From assembly GCF_009914755.1 (NCBI RefSeq), contig NC_060947.1: a stretch of DNA of 64,000 nt. One strand, given 5' to 3'. This document shows, one piece after another, positions 1 through 13,948 of this stretch (position 1 is its first letter; each line of letters starts with the position of its first letter). The notes beneath the pieces were generated by a model that was given only the letters and a program-made list of their open reading frames with translations, did not search any database and had not been told where the DNA came from. Source of the stretch: the human T2T-CHM13v2.0 reference genome, Homo sapiens. The position numbers were made by a program, and so were the translations under genes.

Positions 1-80
1 TTCTGATGTATTGTTGAGTTGGGTTTGCTAGTATTTAGTGGAGGATTTTTGCATCGATATTCATCAGAGATATTGGCCTG
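1..80 (-). mobile_element. L1 ORF2 fragment (continues off the left edge)
   Basis: tttgctagtatttagtggaggatttttgcatcgatattcatcagagatattggcctgta is the antisense of L1 ORF2 ([13 protein letters not shown]). Confidence 0.85.
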
Positions 81-788
81 TATTAAGAAGTCACTGTAAG
101 AAGATGCCTGAGAGTGGATACTTGGTCAGTGTAATGATTTTAATATGCGCCTTTTCTATTCTTCAGAAAATAGTCTCCTTTCTTATTTACTTTAGAATGT
201 CATGACCCCCAACCTATGGAATTAATTAAACAAGAAACATTTCCAATACACTATTTCACATTCAGAAGGTTTCACAGTCTTTCAGTGTCAAACCTTGTGA
301 GCAAAGCCAGGGCAACAGGCTCTAAGCTGACAAAAAAGTTTACCAGTATCTTCCATAGAGATGGCCTTTTCATTCATATAGATTCCATCGGCAAGTCAGG
401 CCAGACCTTTCAGACTCTGACTTGTAAAAAAGTCTTGTGTAAGGAAAACTTACCAGTTTGCAACTAGTGTTTGGTCACTGCTGAGAGAAACAAATATTAA
501 AAAATAAATAAATATGTCTCAGAGAGTTAAATAGGCATACTTGGAAACACGAAAGCTTGGAAAATGAATTTAATATGGCAGATTTTATTGAGAATGCATC
601 ATGAGTCATAGGAGTTCAGAAATCAGGAAGTTCAGGAAGAAGAAAAAGATCACAAAGGCAAGTTTATGATTACACCTACTAATCGAGGAACTGCTTGCTC
701 TGCAACCAGTAGATGATCACGAGATGGTCAGATCTTGGTAGGCCCACAAGAGATGTCAAAATAAAATTCTCAAAAATAAACATCCTAG

Positions 789-1900
789 AGACCTCCAGTT
801 CTGGCCAAGCTGGAGTTTGCCCTTTCCTCCCAGATGGTCCCTCTACATCAGAACACCCTGAATATAACAGCAAACCAGCAAAGAAAGCTCTGAAACGTGG
901 AAAGGGGAAAGCAGACCGACTCGTGCTCTCAGGACTCGAGCAAGAACACAGGCAGCGCATTCCCTTGGTTTTTCTATTTCCACCCAATATCCCAGACAGG
1001 GCACCGCAGAAGCCCCCAGTCCAGAACCACCAACAATGGCAGACACAAAGCTCCAAGAAAAGCCTATTTCCTCTGCCAAAAGACCATAAAAAACGTGATC
1101 TAAAAACTGAAAAACCTTTGTGACAAATTCCCCTCCCCTACACTAGACAAACAACAATGGAAAAACCTTATCTCCCCCACCCCCCAAGGTTTCAGGGAAC
1201 AAGAAGGAAACTTGTCTTCTATCCTGCCTCTGTGAGGCAGATGGTGATGATCCAATTCACCTGTCAGGGTAGTGTCAGTGGTGTCCAGCAGCAAGATGAG
1301 CCTTCACCTTCACCTGACATCAATAACACTGAACAAGGCAGTCCAAGTTGGGACTAGTAAGCATTCCATTTATCCCCATCTCTGGTGTCAGTGATGCCCA
1401 GTGGAAAGTTGAACCTTTACACTCATCCAAACTCAATGAAGTGGTGTGAGGCGGGGCTAATCGACACTCTGCTTTCCCGCTCAGGCATTCTGTGCAAGCT
1501 AGGCCCTATGGAGAGCTGTGCCTCCTCATCCACCCATCATCAAGATGGAATCAGGTGGTGGGAGGCAGGGTTTGTTGGCAGTCTCCTTTCCCCCTCCTTC
1601 CCCTGATGTTCTCAGAGACCAGTGGGGACCTAGGCTTCTGCCCCACCACACTGCAGCAACAAAACTTTGAGTCAGCCATCCAGTTCCCCTTTCCCTAAAG
1701 CCTAGCAAAGAACTGTGCCTATACTCCCCGACCCCACCTCTGAGGTAACAAAGTGTGGTGAATTGGTGCCCCCTTTTTTATTGGAAATGTTCTCAGGGGG
1801 GCTAGGGTAGAAGTTCAGCTCCCACCCCCAGCCATCTGTGAAGAGGCAAGGTGAACCAGCAATCTAGTTTGCTAGGATGGTATCAGAACAGGAATCTGCA
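789..1900 (+). mobile_element. Ancient L1M 5'-end (L1MD/L1ME-type 5' UTR) fragment
   Basis: Begins gacctccagttctggccaagctggag, resembling the gacttcc...ggccaagatggag start of L1M 5' ends, and contains aaagctccaagaaaagcc. The right boundary is uncertain. Confidence 0.55.
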
Positions 1901-1909
1901 CTTATCACC

Positions 1910-1983
1910 TTATGATATGATGGGACCACCATCATATATGTGGTCTATCATTGAACAAAAAGTCATTATGTGGTGCATGACTG
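1910..1983 (-). mobile_element. Tigger3 (Golem)-like terminal fragment
   Basis: atgggaccaccatcatatatgtggtc...gtcattatgtggtgcatgactg resembles the CpG-decayed Tigger3 terminus. Confidence 0.65.
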
Positions 1984-1994
1984 AATATGGACTA

Positions 1995-2150
1995 TCTTAA
2001 TGAAATGTCATCACAGCCTTATGAGGTTAAATTTTTTACTATTCCCAGTTTAAAGATGGATAATAAAAGCTTGGAAGAGTTTACCTGGCCAAGGTTATTT
2101 AGCTACAAAGTGGTAATGCCACGGATTCAATCCTAAGATACCTGATGCCC
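1995..2150. mobile_element. MIR SINE
   Basis: cacagccttatgaggt...attcccagtttaaagatgga...ccaaggttatttagcta...ggattcaatcctaag resembles the MIR core. Confidence 0.6.
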
Positions 2151-3026
2151 ATTACCCCATCTACTGAAAGATGACACTGTACTGCAAAAATTAAAACAGA
2201 CATAGCTGATCTGCTTCTTTACCTGTAATTAGAGTAAAAGAAAACAACAAAAGAAAACAAAAACAACACAGTGACATGCTAACTGTCATGAAGAAAAGTA
2301 CCACATGTCTGATAAGGTGATCAGAGATGTACACTAAGTAAGGAAGGTAGCTATAGGGATATCTAAAGCCAGGCTGTTACAGAAAAACACTCAACGGTAT
2401 GGGAGTATGCTTGCTGAGCTAGTGTTAGAGCAACAAAAAGGAGGCTAGTGTGGCTGGAGAAAAATCCATTTATTCATTCAAAGTATCCACTGAAGCAGGC
2501 ATTGTTATAGGCACTTAGGGTACATTAATGAGCAATAGACAAAGATATTTGCCCTTCTGGAATTTTTATTTTTCCACCATGGGAGACAGACAATAAAAAA
2601 CAAAAACAGCATATGATTAAAATATATTGCATTCCAGAAGATGACTGCGGGGGGGAAAAATCAAATAGGGAAGAAGTGGAATCAGGAGTGTGGGCTGAGG
2701 GTTGGACATTCAAACAAATATTGGCTGCTTTGCAATTGATAGTATTATTAGATGGGTGGAAGTCTTCTCCTTTGTGCCGCCTTTGCCAGGCATCAGTGTA
2801 AATGCTCTGTTGGCTTCACTGCAGAGGACAACACATTTTTCCTATCTTTGGTCAGGACTCAGTTCCTTCTTTAATATATCAGAGAACCAGAGACACTAAT
2901 ATCTGACAGCCTTTTGCCATCAAGTGGCCATGCGTTTTTTAAGTAAGCATCCCCTGCTACACGTCCACTAAATTTGAGCTTTTAACTGTCTGTGTTGAGA
3001 CGTGGCCTGGTAGAAACCCTCGCTGG

Positions 3027-3304
3027 GGCCAGGCGCGGTGGCTCACGCCTGTAATCCCAGCACTTTGTGAGGCCGAGTCGGGCGGATTACGAGGTCAAGA
3101 GAGGGACACCATCCTGGCTAACATGGTAAAACCCCGTCTCCACTGAAAATAGAAAAACCAGCCGGGCGTGGTGGCAGGTGCCTGTAATGCCAGCTACTCG
3201 GGAGGCTGAGGTAGGAGAATTGCTTGAACCCGGGAGGCAGAGGTTGCATGAGATGGGATCCCGCCAGTGCACTCCAGCCTGGGCAACAGAGCGAGACGCC
3301 GTCT

Positions 3305-3356
<52 letters not shown>

Positions 3357-3382
3357 GAAAAAAAAAGAAAGAAAGAAAGCAA
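3027..3382 (+). mobile_element. AluS (Sc-like) with long A/AAAAG tail
   Basis: Full dimer; TSD agaaaccct(c/g)gctgg at 3012-3026 and 3383-3397. Confidence 0.95.
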
Positions 3383-3439
3383 AGAAACCCTGGCTGGCCA
3401 GTGCCCAGGCCATACACAATGGCATTGTGCCTCACTTTT

Positions 3440-3831
3440 CACCTAAGACGAAATCAGCGGGTGGGGCAGGCTTATAATCAGAACACCCCTCCCTTTCCAC
3501 CTCACACACTCCCACCCGCCTGTCCCACAATCCTTCCTGCCCCTCCCGCTCTCCCACCCTTGGTTTCTCGAAACCCCTTCTCCTTCCCTGCCCCCCGTCC
3601 CCCGAGCCCCAGGAGGGGGAGGGGCAGGAATCTGGCTCCGCCTCCCAGTATGGAGATGATTGGTCAAAGGAGGTCACCTGACCAAGCTGAGCCAATTGAA
3701 GTCCTCTCCCCACTGCTTTGAGAAGGAACCGTTAAGACGCTGGGCCCCACCCACAAGATTGCGTCTTGTTTGTGGCAAGATTCTGAGGGGAAGTGTAGCT
3801 CCCAGGTTGGTTCCAAGTCTTCTTCCAATTA
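3440..3831 (+). promoter_or_regulatory. Distal promoter-like island with candidate non-coding first exon ending at donor TAG|gtaaat (3832)
   Basis: GC-rich stretch with GC/GT boxes (GGGTGGGGC about 3459, CCCGCC, CTCCGCCTCC), ATTGG about 3659, CCAAT about 3692, several CpGs and a 5' splice site. Function is inferred. Confidence 0.5.
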
Positions 3832-3864
3832 GGTAAATTACAACAATATCTTTTCCATAAATTT

Positions 3865-4190
3865 CCTTTCTTTTCTTTTTTGCCTTTTTTTTTTTTTTTT
3901 TTTTTTTTTTGAGACGGAGTTTGGCTCTTGTTGCCCAGGCTGGGGCGTAATGTCGCGATCTCGGCTCACCACAACCCCCACCTCCCGGGTTCAAGCGATT
4001 CTCCTGCCTCACTCCCAAGTACCTGGGATTACAGGCATGCGCCATCATGCCAGGCTAATTTTTGTATTTTTAGTAGAGAGGGGGTTTCTCCATATTGGTT
4101 AGGCTGGTCTCCAACTCCCGACCTCAGGGGATCCACCGCCTCGGCCTTCCAAAGTGCTGGGATTACAGGCGTGAGCGTCCGTGCCCGGCC
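3865..4190 (-). mobile_element. AluS (Sp/Sq-like)
   Basis: Full antisense dimer; degenerate TSD ttc(c/t)ataaattt on both sides. Confidence 0.95.
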
Positions 4191-5238
4191 CTTCTATAAA
4201 TTTTATATAAACTAGGCCTTTTTTGGCCTACATTACCTAGGGTCAAGGTTTAGGGATTCATAGGAAAGGCAAATCCGGCTGGATTGCTCAGTGGTCCACT
4301 CTCCAGTCCACTCTCTATGTATCCCTTATCTTCACGTGTGATTAGGTTCAATTGTATGGCTAATCACTTCATGTTCTCTCTTTGCAATTTCTCAGGCAGG
4401 TTTTCTCTTCTTCTTCAGAAAGTTATATTTCTCTTTTGCATCTTAGTTTTGTTTATGGTTAATTTTGATATGGCGGGCTTTAAATTGTAAATATTGGATT
4501 GTATAGATATTTTTCTTTCTATTGTATTTCATTCCTTTTATGCTTAAAAATGCTTTCCTCATCTGAAGAGTAAATACATATTCACCTGTGTGTTGAAGAT
4601 GACTGGGCTTTCATCTCTTATAATCTTTTTAATGAATCATGTGGTATGAGCATGTATCCCTCTTTGTATGCATCCTTCTAACTATGTTTCAATTGGTTAT
4701 TGTTAAGCAGTGTGGTTTATAGGTTGCCAGCCCTTTAGCCACTGATTTTGTCTTTTAAAATTCTTTACTCTGAAATAATTTTAGACTTACAGAAAAGTTA
4801 CAAAAATGATTATACAGAGAGCCCTCGCCTGGATTTCCTTAATGTTAACATCTTATATAACCATAGAAAAATTACCAAAACTAACTACTACATTACATTG
4901 ATGCACTAATTGACATTACTACATCGATGTTAATTACCAACAGTTAGCATTGATGTAGTACTATTAACTAATCTACAGATTTTATGTGAATTTCACCAGA
5001 TATCTCACTGATGTCCTTTTTCTATTCTAGGATCTTATCCAGGACGCTTCATTGCATTTGGTCTTCATTTCTCCTTAGTCTCCTCCAGGCTGACATTTCC
5101 TCAATCTTTATTGGTCTTCCACAGCCCTGACACTTTTGGAGATACCAGTCAGGTATTTTGTGGAATGTCTCTCAATTTGTGTTTGTCTCATGTTTTCTTA
5201 TGATTAGATTGAAGTTGTGCATTTGTAGCAAGCACACC

Positions 5239-5752
5239 TGTTTTATTCTCCTCCCTTTCCCAGTGGCGAGGGAGGGATTCCCACCCTAGTGTTATGGGGG
5301 CGGCTGAACACATGGTACCCTATACTGGACAGACGGAATCCACAGCAATTTATCAGTAACATTTACTCACAACTGGAGAGAGGAGGGCACCTCACGCCAG
5401 GTAGAGCCACACAGTGTCACACTCTGGAAGAGAGTGAACAAGCAGGGGCTTTCAGGGGGAAGTCTTTGTAGTAACCAGAGGATGAAGTGACCGTTGGTTC
5501 AGGGTAGGACGATTGGCTTGTTTGAATAATTCTGCAGGCTGGTGGGGACCTGAAACATGCTACCCAGAGATAAGCAGGCACTGTGTCTGTTCAACATGAT
5601 AATAAGGAGGGTACTTTGGCCAGGGGGCCTTTCTCCCTGGGAACCCAATAGGGAAGATAACTTGTGGTGAGGCCATTCAGGGTCCTCCTGTTCTACCCCA
5701 GATGTCAAGGCATCCATATAATTGGACCTCTAATTTTAGGTCTTATGCGACA
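5239..5752 (-). mobile_element. ERVL solo LTR (MER76/MER54 group)
   Basis: TG...CA-bounded 514-bp block interrupting the L1M; reverse strand begins tgtcgcataagacctaaaattagaggtccaat...gccttgacatctgg. Confidence 0.65.
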
Positions 5753-6184
5753 TTACCGCAAACGTGATTTCGTTCCCTTCTATGTGGATCATGTCAGGGG
5801 TACATGACATCCATAAGTTGTATTACTGGTGGTGCTCACCTTGATCACTTGGTTAAAGTGGTGGGAGTTATGCTGCCCCAGTGTAATGCTACTATTTTCC
5901 TCTTTGTTAGTAATAAATATAGTGTGAAAAGTTCTTTAAGAAGAAACACAATAGATCCTCTTATATTCCTGTTTCTTCGCAGACTTTGACCCACTACTGT
6001 TAAAATCTGTCTAGGGATCTTGCCTACAGCAAATATTACCTAATGGTGATTTTCTGTTTTCCTAATTTCTGCTACATTTATTAATTGGAATTCCTCTGTA
6101 AGGAAGAGCTATCTTTACTCCCTCATTCATTTATTTCTTCAATTTATTTATCTCAGTATGGGCTCTTGAATAATTATGTTATAC

Positions 6185-6313
6185 ATGCCAGGCTTAATAC
6201 CTAGGTGATGGGTTGATGGGTGCAGCAAACCACCAGGGCGCAGGTTTACCTATGTAATGAACCTGCACATCCTGCGCATGTATCCTGGAACTTGCAATAA
6301 AATAAAATAAAAA
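6185..6313 (+). mobile_element. L1PA 3'-end fragment with A-rich tail
   Basis: gcttaatacctaggtgatgggttgat...gcaaaccacca...aacctgcacatcctgc followed by (AAAAT)n. Confidence 0.85.
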
Positions 6314-7540
6314 TTTAATCTAATTATATCATTATTTTGTTCTTTGAACTGTTCTAGCCTTGGCCATTGGGAAGTCATTTTGGTTGGTTCTGTGGTCTTT
6401 TGATATGACCCTATCCTTTTTTGGTACCTTTTTCTGGCACAATAAGATGTTCAGATTCAGCATGTGTGTGCCCCCCTCCCCTCACACACACACACCCCTT
6501 ATAGCCCTGGATTAAAACAACTTCTACGAGGAGCCCCGGTTCCCTTTCTTGGGGAATGATATTTACCAACCAGTATCTCGGTGTGTGTTCATTATTAATG
6601 GCGTTTCATTGCTGCTAAGGCTCTCTCTATGGAGAGGGTTAGGAAATAATGTATGTATACACCCATGCCTATAGACACATCCACATTTATTTTGGTATCT
6701 ATCTGTATGCATAGCTATTAAAAGCCAGGAGCTTGTATTGATACTTTCAATTCCAATCATTCTAGACTTATTTGTAGATTCGTTCTCCGACCTGGCTTTC
6801 ATTATCAAATAGTTTACATACCTGTTTATTTCTGGTCAGTAGATACATAAAGTAGCGCCTGAATTGCTAACAAATGCCCCTGTTGCAAACATATTAATAA
6901 CTTATATTTTTGTACAGTTGTTTTTGTCTTTGGCCTTAGAGGATATAGTCAAAATACTGCTCTCCAAAGTTATGTATCTTAGATCTTTTCTTCCTCTCTC
7001 CTTCAGCGTGGTTAAGACACTCATTTGTAATATTGTTAGTTGAACCTGTTTCTGTTTGATTTGGGGTACCCTCACCCCAATATCCCGGTTGATTTTAATT
7101 TTTTATTTATATTTTGGGTATGTGCATCATTACTATGATCCAAAGAGTCAGGGTTATACAAAAACCTATACTCGGAGAAATGTCACTCCTTCGTCATCCC
7201 TTCTACCCTGTTCCCATTCCCCATTTCTTTCCACTTCTTTCCCTGGCCCTCCCTGTAGGGTAATCAGCCCCTTTGGTTTCTGGTTTAACCTTTCCTGTAT
7301 TTATTTTGCCCAAATGAGCAGATACATACATGTTTTCTCATATTCCTTTCTTACACGAAGGATAGCATACTATACATGTTCCTTTGCACTTTGCCTTTCC
7401 TACTTAACAGCATTCTTGGAAATCACTCCATATTGTTTCACAGAGATCTTCATCGTTCGTTTTTACAGCTGCATTGTACTCCATTGTGTGGCTGCGCCAC
7501 ACATAGTTTATTCAACCACTCGCCTATGTTTGGGCATTTT

Positions 7541-7857
7541 GTTTTTAATACAGAAACCAGGTCTCGCTCTATAACCCAGGCTGACTGAAGTGCAGTGGCA
7601 CAATCATAGCTCATGGTAACCTCAAACTCCTGGGCTCAAGCAATTCACAACTGCCTCAGCCTCCCAAGTGGCTAGGACTACAGGTGTGTGCCACCATGCC
7701 TGGCTAATTAAAGACTTTTTATTTTTTATTTTATTTTTTGTCGATATGGGGCCTCGCTATGTTGCCCAGACTGGTCTGGATCTCCTGGCCTCCAGTGATC
7801 CTCCCGCCTTGGTCTCCAAAGTGCTGAGATTACAGGCATGAGCCATGGTGCCTGGCC
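7541..7857 (-). mobile_element. AluJ
   Basis: Diverged antisense Alu with the J-type motifs atcatagctca and ctcctgggctcaag. Confidence 0.9.
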
Positions 7858-8517
7858 TGTATGGGCTTTTAAATTCCTTCCAAGATTTTGCAGTTACAGA
7901 CATTACTCCCGCGAATAACCCTGGACATGATTTTTTTTTTTTTTTTGTATTGGTAGAAATGTACCTTCAAGGTATATTCCCACTGGTAGGATTATTGGGC
8001 CAAAAGTTAAGTGCACATGTAGTTTTCTTAGGTGTTTCCAAGTTTCTCTCCAGAAGGATTGTACTGGTTTTCATTTCCATTAGCAATATATGAGAATGAC
8101 AATTTCCCCACAGCCTCACTAACAGAACATGTTGCCTTACTTTTGAAACTTTTTTCTACGGGTTAGGCGAGAAATGGTGTCTCGCTGTTTCTGTAATATA
8201 CCTTTGTCTAACTATGAGCAAGTTTTGACACTTAACCATATATTTGAGGACTGTTTTTATACTTTTTGTTGGAATTATCTGTTCATATCTTTCCCCCATA
8301 TTTCTATTGCTGTTGTGGTCCTTCATCCCTCAATATTTAAGAGCTCTCTATATATTTGGAATATTATCCAGTTGTCTGCGATATGTGCTGCAAGTACTTT
8401 ACATCAATTTGTCAGTTGCCTTTTGATTTATTTATGATGCATTTGCATCACTTTCGTTTATCCTTATGTGGTCAAATGGATTGATTATTTTTTTCTTTCA
8501 TTGCCTCCGGAATTTGA

Positions 8518-9054
<537 letters not shown>

Positions 9055-9416
9055 TAAAGAGTTTATGTGCCATCTTTATCATGTACTAACTGTCATATGA
9101 TTTGGTTGTATTTCTGAGTTTTCTATTCTAGTCCACTGGGCTATTAGTCTATTCTTGCACCAGTGCCACAATGTCGTAATTACAGAGGCTTTATAGTGTG
9201 CTTTTCTGGCTGATATCATAAGTCCCCTCTCATAGATTTTCTTTTTCACGTGTTTCCTGGCTATGCTTGCATGTTTTCACAAATATATTAACTTTATTAT
9301 CAATTTGCCTAAATGCATAAAAATGTGTGCTGGCGTTTTTGCGACTGAATTAAATTTATACACCAATTTAGGAAGAACCGACATCTTTTTAATGCTGGAT
9401 TATTCCATCTAGGACA

Positions 9417-9869
9417 GTGACGTAGTCTGTTTGGGCTGCTATTACAAAATACCATAGACTAGGTAGTTTATAAACAACAGAAATTTATTTCTCGCAGCTC
9501 TGGAGACTGACAAGTCCAAGATAAAGATTCTGGCTGATTTGGTGTCTGGTGAGGACCCTCTTCCTCATCGATGGTACTTTCTAATTGTATCCTCAACATG
9601 GTGGAAGGGACAAGGCAGCTCTCTGAAGCCTCTTTTATGAGAGAACTAATCCCATTCATAAGGGCTCCACCCTTATGACCTAGTCGCCTCTCAAAAGGCC
9701 CCACCTCCTAATGGCATCACCTTGCGGGTAAAATTTCCTAACCTGCACATTGTGCACATGTACCCTAAAACTTGAAGTGTAATAATAATAAAATAAAATA
9801 AAATAAAAATAAAAATAAAAAATTTCAAGATAGTAATTTTGGGGGTACACAAACATTCAGACCATCTCA
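9417..9869. mobile_element. MaLR LTR (MLT1A-type) interrupted by a tiny L1 insertion
   Basis: tagtctgtttgggctgctattacaaaataccatagact...acaaacattcagaccat is typical MLT1A. Confidence 0.85.
9738..9818 (+). mobile_element. Extremely 5'-truncated L1PA (about 45 bp plus tail)
   Basis: aacctgcacattgtgcacatgtaccctaaaacttgaagt plus A-rich tail; TSD aaaatttc at 9730-9737 and 9819-9826. Confidence 0.9.
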
Positions 9870-10209
9870 GATAGCGTATGTGTTTCCATTTGTTCAAGTC
9901 TTCTGTGGTGTCATTCAGGCATATTTAAAAATTTTTCTTGTATAAATGTTGTTATCAAGTTTATTCCTAAACTTTAATCCTTGTTGCTAGTGTATATGGG
10001 GCTTTGTCTGTGAATGTATCCTCCAGCTGCTTATTTTTTGTGTGTGTATTAAAAGACTGCTGATTTTTTGTATGTTAATTTTATATTTTGCTACCTTAAT
10101 GACTTCTTTTACTGGTTCAGTTGATTTATCATCGTTTCTATAGGGTTTTTCAGGTATACTATAATATCATCTGCATGTAGAGATGGCTTTACTTCTCTTT
10201 GTAAAAAGT

Positions 10210-11462
10210 AAGTTTTATTGTGTATATCTAAGGTATACAACACGGTGTTATGGGACACGTATGGATAGTAAAATAGTTACTATAGTGGAACAAATTAACA
10301 TAACCCATTATGTCACATAGTGACCCATTTTTGGTTTTGGTAGCAGTAGGCGCTAAAATCTATTCATTTAGCAGAAATCCCGCATCATACTTAATAGTAC
10401 AATTGTACAAACTGTATTCCAGCATGTTGTGCACTAGATCTCTAGTCTCTTTCATCCTACATATCTGCTACTTTGCATCCTCTGACCTACATCTCCCGCT
10501 TTCCTCCTCCCATCCCCTCCTCCCCACCCCGACCCTGATAACCACTGCTTTATTCTGTATCTCTGTATATTTGAGTTTTGTTTTACTTTTATTTTTTTAA
10601 GATTCCACATATAAGTGAGATCATGCAATATTTCTCTTTCTGTATCTGGATTATTTCACTATTATTTCATTGTTATAGCATAATGTCCTCCAGATTCATC
10701 CATGTTTTGGCAAATGGCAAGATCTCCTTTTTAAAGTGTATACATACAACACATTTTCTGTATCCATCTGTCCCTTGATGGACACCTAGGTTGTTTCCAT
10801 ATCTTGGCTATTGTGATTAATGCTGCAGTGAACATGGGAGTTCAGATACTTTTCAAAGATCAGCTACTTTCAAAAGGTGGTTATTTTATTTCCTTTAAGT
10901 AGATACCCAGAAAAGCAGTTGCTGGGTCATATGATAGTTCTCTTTTTCACTACCATATTTTTTTCTAAAATAGAAAAATGTAGAACTACCATTTTATTTA
11001 CTAAAACAGAAAAAAAAAATCTATTTCTTTAGGTACCTCCATACTGTTTTCCATAATGATTGTCCCTATCTACATTCCCATCAACAGTGTACAAGGGTTC
11101 CCTTTTCTCCACACACTCGGCAATGTTTGCCATCTCTTGGCTTTTTGATAATAGCTATCCTAATGGTTGTATGGTGTTGCCTCATAGTAGCTTTTATCTG
11201 CATTTTCCTGATGATTAATGATGTTGAGCACTTTTTCATACACCTGTTAGTCAGTGTGTATGTCTTCTTTGGAGAAATGTCTATTCAGGTCCTTTGCCCG
11301 TTGTTTAAATTTGATTGTTTTTCTGCTATGGAGTTGTATGATTTCCTTACAAAATTTGGATGCTAACCCCTTATTCATATATATGTTTTGCAAGTATTTG
11401 CTCTCAATGTGTAAGTTGCCATTTCATTTTGTTGATTGTTCCCTTTGCTGTGCTTTTTAGTT
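10210..11462 (-). mobile_element. L1MA/MB 3' segment within older L1M sequence
   Basis: Antisense L1 3' UTR and ORF2 C-terminus (gattccacatataagtgagatcatgc, ccatatcttggctattgtg). Confidence 0.8.
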
Positions 11463-12435
11463 CTTCTTATTCATTCCTAGGAAAATGATCTATTTCTCTG
11501 CTCAGTTGACTAATACTTGTAATGCAAGATTGAATAGGTGTGAGGTAGTAGGCATGCTTTCCTTGTTCCTGATCCCAAGGGAAAGCTTCGAGTGCCCCCC
11601 CACCCCATTAAATAAGTTACTAGCATTAGGACTTAGGTATATATGTTTTATCATGTTAAGAAAGCATCCTGTGGTGCCTATTTTCTTAAGGCTTTTCTAT
11701 TTTTTAACATAAAGAGGTGTTGAATTTTTCCAAAGGCTTTTTCAACATCTGTGGTGATAACCATATGATATTTGTCTTTAAGTATATTAATATGGTGGAT
11801 GATATCAAGGTACTTTCTAATATTGAGCCAATCTGTATTGATGGGATAAATCCCACTTTGCCAAAGTATATTATGATTTTTTAAATATGTTGTTTGCTAA
11901 TATTTTATCTAGCATTTTTGCATCTACACTTATCTATCCATGTCACACTTGCTTCATAAAGGAAGTTATGAAAATTTCCTTTATAATGCTGTTGAATAAT
12001 TTATAGAGCATTGGCACTCTGGTACTATCTGATCTTTGAAGGTTTAGTAGAATTGACCTGTAATAGCATCTGAGCCAGGTGCTTCTTGGGAGTTATTCCT
12101 TAATAACTTTTTCCATTTTTTTCTGTAAAAATTGGCCAAGTTAAGCCTTCCAGCATTAGAGTAAAAATCTTGATAATCTGTATTTTCCTAGGAAATTATT
12201 TATTTCATGTGTATTTTTAATTTCTTTATACACAGGTTTGAAAAGCAACCTAATTTTTTCTGTTTAAATGATTATCATTTGTCGTTTATTATTTTGTATA
12301 TTTGTGCTCTCTCCCTTTCTTCCTTCATTAATCTGCCTAGTGAGTTTGTCCATTAAAAAAAAAACCAGGATTTTGATTTAATAAATATACACACATTGTT
12401 TTTCTACTATGTATCTTATTAACATCTGCTTATGT

Positions 12436-12762
12436 ATTCATTCATTCATTCATTCATTCATTCATTTTAATGACCGAATCTCCCTGGATCACTCAGTCTG
12501 GAGTGCAGCGTTGTGATCACAGCTCACTGCAGCCTTGAGCTCCTGGGCTCAAGCAATCTTCCCACCTCCGCCTCCTCAGTAAGTAGGACTACAGGCATGT
12601 TCCATCACGCCCTGCTAAAGAATCATTATTATTATTATTATTACTGTAGAGGCAGGGTCTCCTTATGTTGCCCAGGCTGGTCTCAAACGCCTGGCCTCAA
12701 GTGATCCTCCCGCCTCAGCCTCTCAAAGTGGTTGGATTACAGGTGTGAGCCACCAAGCCCGG
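12436..12762 (-). mobile_element. AluJ with (ATTC)n tail and (ATT)n linker
   Basis: Diverged antisense Alu dimer. Confidence 0.9.
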
Positions 12763-13867
12763 CAATTTCTGCTTTTATGTTATTTCTTTATTTGTGTTTC
12801 TTTTGGTTTCCCGGGTTGTTCTTTTATTAGATTTTTGAGGCAGTGCTTTAATTTGTCTAATTTTATTCGTTCATTTTCATTGATGAGAGTATTTAGCGCT
12901 CTGAATCTGCTTCCAATCACTGCTTTAACTATCTTCTACAGAGTCTCATATGTAAGCTCTTATAATCACTCTTCTTAAATATTTCTGTAACTTCAGTTGG
13001 TATCTCGTCTTTATCTCGACATTTGCTTAATAGAAGACTGAACATTTTTTCCAGGTAGAAGAGCCTTTGTGCTTTCAGTTTGTGTTAGTAAGTTCTACTT
13101 TTGTTGCATCGTGATTGCAGAGGGTTGGTTGTAATATTTCTACTTTATGGAAATTAGCGAGGCCTTCACTGTGAGGTAATTATGATCACGTTTTGTTAAC
13201 GTGCCATCAGCTTTTGACAAGGTGGTATATTCTTTATCTCCAAGGTGTAGATTTATGTGTGTGTATGTATGCCTATGTGTGTATACACACACACAATGTA
13301 TCTTATTGTGTTGTTTACATTTTCGGTATAGGTCTCTTTATTGTACCACTGGATTTGCCTTGTACTGAGACTTGCCATGTATTAAATCTCCTATTATTAC
13401 TGTGCTTCAATGTCTCCATACCTTTTGGCATTACAAAGGTGGTTCCTATGTTATTTGGTGCATAAGTATTCCTAAGTATTATATATTCACTGTGAATTTT
13501 CAATTTTAATGTTAGCATGTAAACTTTGTCATTAAAAAAATTACTTTTAGCACCTGCTTTCTTATTGAACATTTTACTATCTGGTCCACTAGTTTGTTTT
13601 TAACCCCCAGTCTCCTTTTAACACTCATCTACTGCCTTATGAAAAAAAAAAAGTTTATTCTCTTTTTCTTTCTATCTCTCTCACTTCTCTTATTTTACTT
13701 GCACTATTTCTTTTTTTCCACAATATAAAATAAATGCACGTTAGTCATTTTCCTTGCTTCACCTTCATTTTAGTATTAGATACCAAATGCTTGCCATCAG
13801 ATGTTGTAGGGAAGATTTTCCTGTCGTTACCTGTGGAATCACAATCCCAGTTTACCCTTTAGAATAT

Positions 13868-13948
13868 AAGTTAGCAAACGTTTTCTGTAAAGAGCCATAT
13901 GGTAAATATTCCAACCAGTGGGCCATAGTTTGCAGACCCTTGCTCTAG
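13868..13948. mobile_element. Internally deleted MER58-type hAT element
   Basis: gttagcaaacgttttctgtaaagagcca ... gggccatagtttgcagacccttg carries both MER58 termini. Confidence 0.65.

Larger units (their letters stand above)
4752..7050 (-). mobile_element. Old L1M (L1MC/ME) 3' region, interrupted by an LTR and a young L1 3' end
   Basis: aaataattttagacttacagaaaagttacaaaaat start; continues across the insertions with typical L1M 3' UTR antisense sequence. Confidence 0.7.

Noticed and set aside
679-1123. Overlapping 125-aa and 136-aa ORFs
   Set aside because: They lie in an L1M 5'-end-like repeat, with no recognisable domain or exon structure.
3087-4215. Several ORFs with poly-K/poly-F tracts
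   Set aside because: Translations of Alu bodies and A-tails. The same applies to ORFs at 8545, 19020, 31039, 49926 and 61194.
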